DNA of 64,000 bases from Anthoceros angustus (taxonomy: Eukaryota; Plantae; Anthocerotophyta). The stretch spans positions 372,001 to 436,000 of the forward strand of contig MU008161.1 in assembly GCA_010909165.1 (NCBI GenBank), given 5' to 3'. The notes beneath the pieces were generated by a model. It did not search any database, had not been told where the DNA came from, and saw only the letters and a program-made list of their open reading frames with translations. This document shows, one piece after another, positions 52,395 through 63,611 of the stretch (position 1 is the stretch's first letter; each line of letters begins with the position of its first letter). The position numbers and the translations under genes were made by a program.

Positions 52395-55300
52395 TTCTCA
52401 ACGAGAGAATCCACGACTCGAGCACGAAATAGAGCCCAGCCTGGCTCAAGACGGAGGAAAATCGCGACTATCCAAGGAGTTGGACGCTGCTGCTGTATGA
52501 GCCGGAGGAAGTCCGAGTCGGACGGAGGTATCCGACCGGAGAGGGAGTCCGAGCTAAAGGCCGTAATGAACGGAGGAGCGCGAGCACCGGAAGCGTAAAA
52601 GAAGCCGTCCACCGAAAGGCGGAAGGGAACGCGCTATGGCGGTAAGCCGGGCAATGGAGAGGAAACGACGGAGCCGGAGCAGCGGAGCAGCCGGCATGCA
52701 GGAGGTGACCGAGGCCGCCTTGTAGCCTCGCGTGATACGCCTGCCCACCACAACCGGGCAGGAGAGGTGGCCCAACAAGCCGGGCAAAGACGCCACCTAA
52801 CACTTATGGCGAGGGAGTATCGGTGCCCGCACACGTGGAAGAGGCAATTCAACAAGTCGATTCAGACTTTGCCTATTACCACGCCGAGCCCCAAGGCGAG
52901 AAGCCTCGACGCACCGCACGGACGGACCGGAAGGCTCAAGGAGATGAAGGCCACGGGACAAAGACAGGACCCTAGTGGCCCCTGCTTGAGATGACGGAGC
53001 GCGGAGAGGAGCAACCGGAGGAGAACGAGGGAGCGGATGCGATCGAGGTAAGCACCCCGCACCTCACCATGGAAGGAGGGGCCAACGAAGGAGTCACCGG
53101 CGATCGGCCGGAAGGACTTCGAGGAGAGCCACGGAGGAGTCCCGTGAGGGAGGAAACCCGGTGGGCGTGAGTCCGGACTTTGTCCGACTGAGGGAGGCCG
53201 ACCAAGTCCGGACTTAATAAGTCCGGACCAAGTCCGGACCCCAGTAACAACCGACCCGAGGTCCGGACCCCAGACAAGGTCGGACCTAGCCGGCCGGACC
53301 TGTGAATAAGCCGACTCAAGTTCGTGAGTCGAGACAGACCTCGAGGACCGGATCGGCAAGAAGGAGGAGCCCCTTCGACTTACGCTTAGGGGAGCAGATA
53401 GGGGTGGCCCCACCGCGGGGACCTGTGGAGGCCAGGGAGGATGACGCCGTGGTAACGGCGGTCGACCGCCGAGCCCAACCCGATGTGATTCCGGAGAGAG
53501 GAGGGGCCCCGCCTCACGGATCATCCGATTGGGTGCACCACAACCGACGGGATTGACCACCCATTCCGAGGCGGGCCTGTGACCTTCTCCCACACATGGA
53601 AGGAGATAGGGGGAAAATAGATGGCCGATTAGGGTATACCGGCTATCACCGTAATAGGGGTGTAATAAAGACGCCTTGGGCGCAGATAAGAGGGCCGAGG
53701 CCGCCTAGTAAAGCATCTTTCTCTTGGTGTTGATGCTGCTCTGCACCTTTGTGAGTCTTCTTGCTAACGTGAGTCCCGAGTCACCGAAAGGTGCACGGCT
53801 CCCCGGGAGATTGATCAAGGTCCCGTGACGGACTTAACGCTGTGGTGTGTGGAAGGGTGATCGTGATCCGTGCTCGCCCGAGCCGCGTCCGCACCGAACT
53901 GATCGAACGTGAGCCGGAGGAACTCCGGAGGGCGTGTAGAGCCCGGACGAGAGGCCCATGAACGACGAGGAGGTCCGGATCACAGAACCCGGCCTTTTCT
54001 AAGATCAAGAGTGTAGCGTGAGGGAGAGAGGAAAGGACTGATGCGTGAGGGATGTATGAACGATACGGACGCGAACGGGTCCTTAACGCTTGGCCATACC
54101 GGCCCAGACGGTGAACGCTAGAGTAGTTAGAGTATGTGTGTGTTGAGACCGAACGAGCGCTAAGGACGGTAAGAATCACCAAACGCGTAAACGGCCTATC
54201 ATTCCCTTTGGGAACGGACTTCTTCCTACAACGACACGGATTGTGCGCGCCCGGCTGGCCCAAAGAAAAGTCACGCCCACACGGGCACCGGGAGGTCGTA
54301 CATCAACCTCGGAGGAGGAGGGCGACTCATCCTCAACGAGGATGAATCTTTGCAAAAAAGGTCTCAATGTTGCCGGGACTTGGCCGACACCGAGGAGGTA
54401 GTAAAGATGAGAAGGGAGAGTCCGACGAAAGAGCGGAGTATTGCCTCGGGGTGTTGGCGAGGCCGCCAATGATGAGAAGGGAGTATGTGAGTGCCAAACC
54501 ATGTCCGCATACTCGGCGCTTGTTTTGCTTTTTCTTGGGTCACATCGCTAAGAGGGATAGGGAGGAGTTAGTCAATAAGGCTATTGGCCGATTGCACTTA
54601 TAAAGGTAACCCAGACTCGGTCTGCTGGAGGACGGAGGGTCTGGTTCAGCGAGGTCCGGCTGAGTGGTCCGTCCGGGCGGTCCGACGGAGGGTCTGCCGG
54701 CGAGGTCCGGGATGAGTGGTCTGCCCGGCGTAGGTCTCGACGGAGTGGTCTGCTCGGGCGAGGTCCGACGGAGTGGTCTGCTCGGCGAGGTCCGAGTGGT
54801 CTGCCCGGCGAGGTCTGACGGAGTGGTCTGCCCGGCGAGGTCCGGCTTGAGTGGTCTGCCCGGCGAGGTCCGACGGAGGGTCTGCCCGCGAGGTCCGGAC
54901 GAGTGGTCTGCTCCGGCGTAGGTCTGGATGGAGTGGTCTGGCCCGGCGAGGTCCGACGGAGTGGTCCGTCTCGGCGAGGTCCGGCGGAGTGGTCTGCTCG
55001 GCGAGGTCCGGCTGAGTGGTCTGGCCTCGGCGAGGTCCGACGGAGTGGCTGAGAGGTCCGGAGTGGTCTGCCCGCCAAGTCCGACCGAGTGGTCTCGCCG
55101 GTGGTTTAGTTTGGTGGGCATCACTGCATGGATCTACTGCTTAAGGGAAGCAATGGTGCAAGAAGTCCGCGCAGTTGATGAGCTACGCCCCTGCTACCAC
55201 GACCTGTGGTTAGGATACATACATAGTGTGGTTAGGATACATACATAGGCGGGTTAGGTTAGGGTATGGGAGTATATAGGAAGGCCTCGGCCCAAGACGG

Positions 55301-56452
55301 CACTATCCTGTACCATCTTCAAGGCCTGTGTTTCTTGCCTTCCGTGCTCGAGGAGCGGAGTGAGTTCCTCGCCACCGTGCAAGGATTAAGTGGTGGTAGA
55401 GGGATGTGTTTAGAGCTCGTGACGAGCCCGCCAACCCGCTTGATGGGTGCATGGATCGGACTCGAGCTCGTGGAGGTGCTCGCGGTGATTTCTAGTAGAC
55501 TAACCTTGGAGGCTGAACGGAGGTCGGGGATGCAGTGGCTCCCGCAACGTGAAGTGCACCGAGGGGATTAGGAGGCGCTGGGGTGACTCACGGGCGAAGC
55601 CATCCTTGGAGGCCCTGAACGAGTGGGGATGCAGTCGGAAGCCACTTCTCCGCAACGTGAAGCCTGAGGGGATTAGGAGGCGCTTGGGGTGACTTGGGCG
55701 GAAGCCATCCTTGAGGCCGAACGGAGGTCGGGGATGCAGTCATGAAGCCACTTCTCCGTAACGTGAAGCACTGAGGATTAGGAGGCGCTGGGGTGACCTC
55801 CGGGGAAGCCATCCTTGAGGTCATGAACGGAGGTCAGGTTGCAGTCGCAAAGCTATCTGCAACGTGAAGCACGGAGCAAAGGCGGCCCGTGAATACATCG
55901 TGTTGGTGTTGTGACTACTAGCCGGAATGGATAAGGGAGAAGGGTCGGTTACTGCGGTGTGTTGAGGTGAGTTGACAGAGTTGAGGAGCGCTGGGCGCTT
56001 AGAGTACGATCGACGAAGGAACGCTGCCGTTAAACCCGCTCCGTAGTGCCGAGAACCGGCGGGTTTGTGGAAGGTCCGGGTCGCTACCGGGTCCGACGAG
56101 TTGTGGAGGGGCACACTTAGGGTTGTGGAGCCACGACCCAACCTCGATGAAGTCCGCTCAGCGATAGGTCAGAGCTCAGTGTATTAAGCACGAGACCATT
56201 CCCTGGGGAACGACTCTTCCTACAACGACACGGACTACCGCCTGGGTCACGAAAGTCGCGCGCACATTGTGGCCCTACCTTTTCCTTACAGCAGCAAGCT
56301 ACATCATGACAGTCTGGGCCATCCAGAAGCACAAACGCCTCGGAAAGGTATCTCCTCAACTCAAGGTTTTGAGGCAGCAGCCTGGACTGTACGTTATCCT
56401 TATAAGGATCTAAAACATGTTGCTCGGTGTTGGCAGATTTTTTATAGGAAGG

Positions 56453-59330
56453 ATGGCTCCCAAGAAAGCGGCAGAGACTCTGGAGCCCTGGATGCTGGTG
56501 GAGAAGAACATTACCACCAATCACTACCCGGATTTCTGCCCATCGCTGGAGGAGGTAGGCGAGCTTGTCCAAGAGTGGCACCGGACGATTCTAGGCGCCT
56601 AGACTTCATTACGTCATGACGCTGGTCCGGAGTACGCCCGAAGCCGCCAGGTGCAACAAGTCAAGCCCGCCAAGAGCTTGAGGGATGACCCAGCGGCGGA
56701 CAAGGAAGTGGAAGCACTTTTCTGTAGCACCCGCCTGGGAGGAGATCGGAGGAGGATGCCGAGCCACCAAAGGGAAGGGAGCTGAAGTGCAAAGGCCGCA
56801 CTCTTGAAGCCGTTTAGACACCCAGAGGTCCTCCAATGGGTGGTTGATGTCGGATCTGAAGGACCGATGGGTGAGGATAGTGACCAAAATCATCGTCCAC
56901 TAGAACATGCTCACCAAGGTAGACCTCCTGGGGGACAATCTGCTTGTGTTCGTGCATGCTCTCATGAGGGGGAAGCGAGTAGGCTGGGGGCAGATCAATT
57001 TCGCCCGGATAGCACAGGAGGTGCGAAAACTGCACAACGAGCGGCCTCCTCCGTCGACATTGTCCCCTTCATCTTGCATGTCTGGGGGCACCACAACCTC
57101 TTGAAGGAGGGTGAGGAGGAGAGCGTGCTCATGGGTTGACACACCGATTGCGTGAAGGGACGGCGATGAGGAGCAACTTTGACGGGTGCTTGCAGGAGCC
57201 TGCACGCATTTCAAAAGTGAGAGGAGGATTGGGAGGGCATCCTGGATGCCATTCGCTTGGAAAGGACCCCTTCCTCCCCAAGGGCAATTTGGGAAGAGAT
57301 TCTTGCTTCCTTGTTGTTAGTTACGGCTCCAAGAGCCCCAAAGGCCGGGTCAATACCAGGCTGTCGGTTTGGAAGCAATTTCTCAAGTGACAAGACCAAC
57401 CCCTACAAGAGAACACGCCGACTGTGAGATGAGGGCCGGAAGACGAAGGCGGCGTCGGAGGTGGCACCGGTACCGTGCACAAGACGGCAGACCGGCACAA
57501 CACCCATTCCCCGCCGGTGAGCGAAGCGTGATTCGGAGGCGGATCCGGCAACTCGAAAGTAGCGAGACGCTGCTCAAGGTGGAGGGCAATCGGCAAGAGC
57601 TGACTTCAACCAAGGTTTCCCCTGCAGAGAGGAAATCGGGCTAGCTCCCAAACTCTGTCGCCACCGAACCCCAAACGTAGAAGGGCGGAAAAGGAGTTGG
57701 CTGCCAAAAGGGCCAAGGAAGTGGAAGGTTCGGTGCCAGATGGGCAGAACCTAGGCCTCCTACTTCAGGCCGGATGGCAGAAAGGGAGGCCAGGTCCACC
57801 CTACAGGATCACTCCAGGGTCCTTCAGCTGTATGAACAGCTGAAACAGGCGGAGGAGGCCCAAGCTCGGGCAGAGGCCTTGAGCCAAGAACTGGACAAGG
57901 CACAACGCGTGACGGAGAAGGCACGAGCATTGGCGGAGGTCGCGAGTGAGGCAGCGGAGGAAGCCCGGGAGGCAGCGGAGTCTGCTCGGCAGGAAGAGTG
58001 ACAAGCTCTGGAGTCCCAATTGAAGGAAATAAGGGGTGACAAACGCAAGGACGGATCGGAAACACTACCGCAGGGACCGGAACCGTTGGAGGGAGGCGGC
58101 CGGAGAAACCACAGCCCAGTTAAGGGAGCAAGAACAAGAGGTCGCCCGCCTGAAGGGAGACCTGCAGCTTGGGAGCAAGTTCGGGCTGCCCATGGGAATG
58201 GGATGCAGGAATGGCTGGGCAAGCTAAGGGAGCTCCGGGCGCAGCTCCAAGGAGTCGAGGAGGTGCGGCAGTTAAGGGAGGCGGAGAAGGAGACCCTGAA
58301 ACTACGGCTCCAGGTGGTGGAGGAAAGAAACGGACTCCTGCAAGGCAGGATCGAGGACTTCGAGCGGGAGGTAGACCGACTGCACCTCTGCCTCCGGGTG
58401 GAGGAAACCCACTGTAAAAGCAAACAGCTTGATGTCAATGAGCTCAAGAAGAAACTCGCGGAGACCACTCGTATGGTTCATGTCCCGGATCGACTTGAGA
58501 GGGAGATGGAACGTTTGAGCCAAGCGGTGCCATGGACCAGCATCGCGGAAGGTGGAGGAGCGGAGCCGGGCTCGTGACCGGGCAAGAGGGGAAATTTGAG
58601 ACCTGATGGCCCAACTGGAGGTCCTCAAGGCGGAACGGGAGAGGGGGCACGCCAGCGAGAAGCAGCGGCTCCAAGAGCTCACAGAGGCTTCCCTTACGGC
58701 TTCCCGAGATGCCACAAAGGCTCGGCTGGAGGGACTGGGAGATTAGATGGCCCAGCATGCAGGAGAGCACGCTCGACTACCTGAGCACCAATGGAGGTGG
58801 GAGTACTGGGTCTTGCGGGCCCATGTGGAAGAAGCCATCCAACAAGTGGATTCAGACTTCGCCTACTACCACTCGGAGCTCCTGAAGGCCGTAAACATGG
58901 TGCATCAGATTGCTGGGTGGTAGTGCCCCCAAAGGAGTTGGAGGAGGTCACGGGAGAAGAAGGGCTAGAGGAGAATGCGGTCACAGGGAACCCAGGTGCC
59001 TTGTTTGGGGACGGGAGCAAGCAGAGGCCGAGCTGAGGAGGAGCGGCCCGGACAAATGAGTCAGATCAGAATGTCACCCTACACCACGAGATGCCTCCTG
59101 ACCCTACATTCGGGATAGAGGGCCCAGAAGGGAGTGGTCCGGTGAGGAGAGAGGAGCGGAAGCTAAGGGGAGGACCCGTGGTAGGGGACAAAGAGGTCTG
59201 TTTCCAGGGGGAAGGGATGGACCTTGCGGTTTGTCTTCCGGAGTTAGGGACCAATTTGTTGGCGTCTGGTGAACCGCCTCAGCGGACTCAAAGCGAATGG
59301 ACTCCGATTCCTCCTTCAATCGGATCCTAG
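56453..59330 (+). pseudogene. Diverged third homolog of the accessory ORF (MAPKKAAETLEPWMLVEKNITTNHYPDFCP...), frameshifted, with long coiled-coil C-terminal half; probably a remnant of a related retroelement
   Basis: ORFs 56417, 56907, 57774 and 58020 in the track; motifs YPDFCPSLEEVGELVQEWH, TKVDLLGDNLLVFVHA and LHVWGH align with the ORF in the Y LTRs. Confidence 0.72.
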
Positions 59331-62300
59331 CGGATGGGGGGCGCACCGGGGAGCATGGGGGCAATACCCAACACCCGGCATACCGCTGCTGTAATTAGAG
59401 GAAGATATTGTGGTGATGAGTTGTCCGCCGCATCTCGGAGTGAAGTCCAATCAAGGCCGGTGAGACTGCCCCGCCCGGCAGGATCAAGGATAATCAGTTG
59501 GGCGCCCGGACTGTGGTTGGGGATTGGGTTGCCAGACGGGGAAGTCCGCCGCGGTCAACAACAGCCCAATCGCCGTATAAGTAGGTACCCATGCGTAAGG
59601 ATCTGGTATCCCTCCTGCGTGTGTAGGTAGCTGGCAATAGGGCCGGCTTTCCGGTTGTAATAAAGGCACTGCCTTAGAGACAATATAAGAGGGAGGTTGC
59701 CGCCCCTGTAATGCGAGTTTCCTTTTGGAGTTGATGTCGTGTTGTGCATGAAACACCATAATATTTGAAGTGGTCAATATACGGTCGCCGTAAAACCCCA
59801 CCAATTTCAGATTCACCATGCCCAAAACCCATGATTCTTAATGTTTTGCCACGACGGTCTCATATCGCTTCGTCCGCGGTTTGGTCCGCTTTGGACAAAA
59901 TTTTGCCTCGGTATGGTGCACTACAAGATGTGGGGCCAAGATGCCGCGCCTAAAAGAAACTCAACTTAACTAATATAAAACTATAATTGATCTCGAACTC
60001 GCGATCTATGATTCTTAGCCAGTTTTTACCACTTTACCAACTTTAGGAGACAACAAAATTTTATGATATGCAAATAATATATCAATGAAGGTGCCAATAT
60101 GCTAGCACCCTATGCTCTTATGCTCCTCCATAGGGCTGCGCCCGTAAATAGGTTTTCTATGAGCGTGCACTGTGTCCGCATTAACACTAGGGCTTACAAC
60201 CACTTGTCCCGCACCCATGCACATTATGACTTACATATATTAGGCCACGATCGCGCTTGCTTGCGCAAGAGAATGAGAAAAACACACCACCTTTCACACT
60301 TCCGATCACGACGCAGCCTTGGTCGCTCACAAAGATGGTGTCCAACATACAAAAACGATTCAATTGCTATGACCTCAGAAAGATAGTCGCGGCCTACACG
60401 GAGCTCGAGAATAGGGAAGAAACTTGGTCGTGTCATGTCTCTCTTCACCGTTCCGATTCAAGTGAAATTTGAGATCATGAATATTAGGGCATGGGTAATT
60501 TCAAACGGCGTGCTTAGAAAACCTTTGAAATTTGAAAATAATTTCCATGATTTTGAGTTCAAGTGTACAAATTATTAGAATAATGGAATTTAAACCAAAC
60601 CAATCATCTATCACTTTTACAACACAAACTATGCTCTCATTTCAATCCATATTACCTATTCCCTACACAATATGAAAAGTTTACCTATACATATGTTACC
60701 TTTAAAGACATGAAAAGTTTACCTTTAAAGCGCCAAGACGCCTAAAAGAAGACTTGAACTCAAGACCTCTTATTTCCAACTTTCAAGGCTTACCACTCCA
60801 TTAACTTTCCCATATGCAAATAATTGGAAGCACAAAGTATATGTTGAATGAGGGCTGCATGCGGTGCCCTCATGCCCTCATTCTTCTTCTTCTTCATCAT
60901 GCCCTTATGCTCCCCATGCTCCTTGTTTTGATAGCCGCCGAGAAGCCATCACGGTTCGGTGGTTTCTTAGCCACTAGCCTAGGGTGTCTAACCGATGTTG
61001 AGCATCCGAGAAGCCATTACGGTTCGTAGTTTCTCGAGGAGTGTTTGTTGACGTCCAGCCATTGCCAAAGGCCATGAATCTTGGCCGGCATGCCGGCGCC
61101 CAATGCACGTAGCCTTTGAGCATGACGCCGATGCCTGCCGCCTAGGTGTGTCACTTACGGCGTGTTTAGGGTCTTCACGCCCCTACCGTTGTACACAATG
61201 ACATCGACCGTCCGGATTGGATGTATAGCACGATATAGAAATAGCCGTATGCATTCCCTTCGGCGCCGCAGAGATGGTCGCCCATGTTCAGTTCCTGTTG
61301 TTTAACGAATGGCATGCACTAACGACATGGGCATCATTTCCATTGAAAACAATGGTCTACTTGTAGGTCAAACCCTTCGTCTACCATTATAAGCCGCTAG
61401 AAGATATAAAATTCTCTACAACACCCTAATTGTGTGCTTTCTTCTACAGGGTATGCTCAAATATACATTTCAATGCCCATCGAAAACCCCGTTTCGCGTA
61501 TATTCACGTCAAAAGCCGCTTGATGTATATTCAGCCGCTTCAAATATTATGCTGTTATGAGGACTTTTGGGCCAACTGCTAATGCTTTGCCCAAGTCACC
61601 GAGCAGGCGAACTTCCCGGAGAGGATTATCCAGGTTCAGGTGATGAACCCCTAATGCGTGGAGGTGATAACAGGTGTTGAGGAACCTCGACCTTTGCTCC
61701 TCAAGAGTGGGGCGCAAGTGACAAGTGGACCGGAGCAGACAAGGGAAGCCGGACGACCAGCGGAAGGTGGGAGAGCTCGGATTGGCCGGACCGCATGAAC
61801 GTGGACGCGGAGGTGCTGCAACCCGACATTTCATCGAATCGCGAGACTATACAACGACGAATTGTGGAGGTGCATGCGCGAGTGAAGAGAAGAACGGAAG
61901 GGACACGAGGACGTGAACGAGTCCTTAAACGTTCGGCGATACTGGGCGTGTATGGTAGAACCTGATATGGAACATGAGTGGGAGAGGTGAGCGGAGAGTG
62001 TAGAGAATTCGGGCGGTGGTATGGCTAGGTCCCGGGTTGCAACCTCCAGCGGTTGACATTGCGTAGGGTGGTTCATACCCTTGTTCTCGGCGGAAGGGTC
62101 GGGATGTACCTTGAGCATCGTTTTTGGCACAACGCCCGCGTCGACTTTGCCCTTCGTTTGAGTTATGCATTGTAATATGACACGCTTCGGCAGTTGGACT
62201 CCCACACTCAAGATGGGCAAGCCTGCTCGACTTAGGGGAAGGTTTCTGTGGTTGGCGCTTGGTGGGAGGAAGATTTGGAACAAGCACCTCCACATTCACT

Positions 62301-63174
62301 GGAGTTAATGCTTAGCATGTTTTGGTTGGTTCTCCATTGGAGTCCCTGTCTCCTGCGCAAGCAGATCAAGGAGACATCAACCCAAACTATCGATATCTTG
62401 ACCAAAAGCTTACCATGTGACCAGCCCATAGCCTGCACTTCACTCCTTGGAGTTTGCGCACTCCCTAGCCAAGATAGTTTATCTGCCCTATATGTCTAGT
62501 ATGAGGGGGAGTATTGGAATGCTCGTCTCTGTATTGGTATTGGAATGGTACATCCTAGATAGATGGGCAGATCCTAGATGTGAACAGTCACACCCTTTCG
62601 CGATAACTACATAAGGCACAACGTACCCAAGAAACTGACTCTTTCCTAATAATTCTTCTCCTCTATCCCATCTCGTACATGCATCCTGGCCTGCCTGATT
62701 TCTTATACCTTGCCACTGCGTGCCACCACCCTTAATAGCATTCTTTAATGTTGTAGAGCATTGCGCATTGCCCGACGATGGGGAAGAGCACATGACAATA
62801 TAATCGTTTTTTAATTGAGCAACACAACCTGATCATGATAAAGTTACATAGATATATCATTGTCCAAATTCCAAACATACCCCATGTCTGAAGCAGTACG
62901 CCATCCACTCCTGGCCTGCAACAGTAGTCAAATGGAACGGGTTATCGGTCGGAATGAAATGGTAGAAACCAGGACTCGGAAACGGAATAGTAAAAGAACA
63001 ACTTGCGGATCTAAAATATGATAACTGGCTATTGTAACTGATTCTTAGATTCGTCCCGAATTGGGGCACGCTAAACTCCCGTGGACGAGTTATTCTGCGT
63101 AAGACTACTACTATGAATTGAATTGAATGATCCGAGTGGCCCGATCGTGATCGGCGTCGAGGAGGGTGTCATTT

Positions 63175-63611
63175 GACTCGTCCCCAAGCTCGGTCCCATT
63201 CCAGATGTGTTAAAAAACATAGGACCGGAGGTTCTTCAAGAGTCCGGTCCCCACCGTCGGTCCCCTATTTTTGTCGGGGACCGAGGGTTCGTAAAAGGTC
63301 CGGTTTAAAATTAGTAAATTACTTAATTTTATATCCAAAGGTTTATATTTATTATACAGGGACCCATCTTATAATTGGTAAGGTCATAAAGATACTTACC
63401 AATTGGATCTGTGGGCTATGTCTTTATTTATCTAATACTTGGAAAGACTAGCCCCGACAATAGAATATATTAGACATTTGTGTTTTTATATTATTATTAT
63501 TTATAAATTATTTAATATTTATTATATTTAGTGACCAAGGTCGCGAAAAGGCACGGTCCCTGCTCGGTCTGGGACCGAGCATAGCCAGGCTAGGCGGTCC
63601 CGGGGACTGAG
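63175..63611. mobile_element. MITE-like non-autonomous DNA transposon remnant with GGTCCC/GGGACC subterminal motifs and AT-rich core
   Basis: GCTCGGTCCCA (63188-63198) pairs with TGGGACCGAGC (63570-63580); internal hairpins at 63257-63284 and 63373-63404. No TSD established. Confidence 0.5.

Larger units (their letters stand above)
39822..54281 (+). mobile_element. Full-length Athila-like (non-chromovirus) Ty3/Gypsy element Y: 5' LTR 39822-44213, gag-pol ~44500-49813, PPT 49835-49844, 3' LTR 49847-54281
   Basis: ~4.4-kb direct repeats; PBS and PPT; near-TSD TGGGC (39817-39821) / CGGGC (54282-54286); domain order PR-RT-RH-INT; no chromodomain or extra RNase H seen. Confidence 0.9.
37923..56266 (+). 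mobile_element. Non-autonomous LTR retroelement X: 5' LTR 37923-39608, internal 39609-39821 plus 54287-54485 (~410 bp, non-coding), 3' LTR 54486-56266; hosts element Y
   Basis: The two LTRs are colinear and end in CA; PBS at 39612-39625; PPT at 54474-54483 followed by TG; near-TSD TTGCGG (37917-37922) / TTGTGG (56267-56272). Confidence 0.85.
37899..56457 (+). pseudogene. ECR: C-terminal fragment of very-long-chain enoyl-CoA reductase (ECR/CER10/TECR family), split by element X. Pieces 37899-37922, 56267-56347, intron 56348-56436, 56437-56457
   Basis: Joined flanks translate FNIVMRLWPYLFLTAASYIMTVWAIQKHKRLGK|IFYRKDG, against recalled Arabidopsis CER10 [41 protein letters not shown]; phase-0 GT-AG intron of 89 bp. 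Confidence 0.75.

Noticed and set aside
40050-59630. The many overlapping Arg/Gly/Pro-rich six-frame ORFs as novel genes
   Set aside because: They are off-frame or antisense readings of GC-rich retroelement DNA; only the motif-supported frames were kept.
61547-63069. Minus-strand intron-containing remnant with YCFRHG (possible MULE/KDZ or plant mobile domain)
   Set aside because: A single short motif, stops in the linking frames, and no second diagnostic motif; needs an HMM search.
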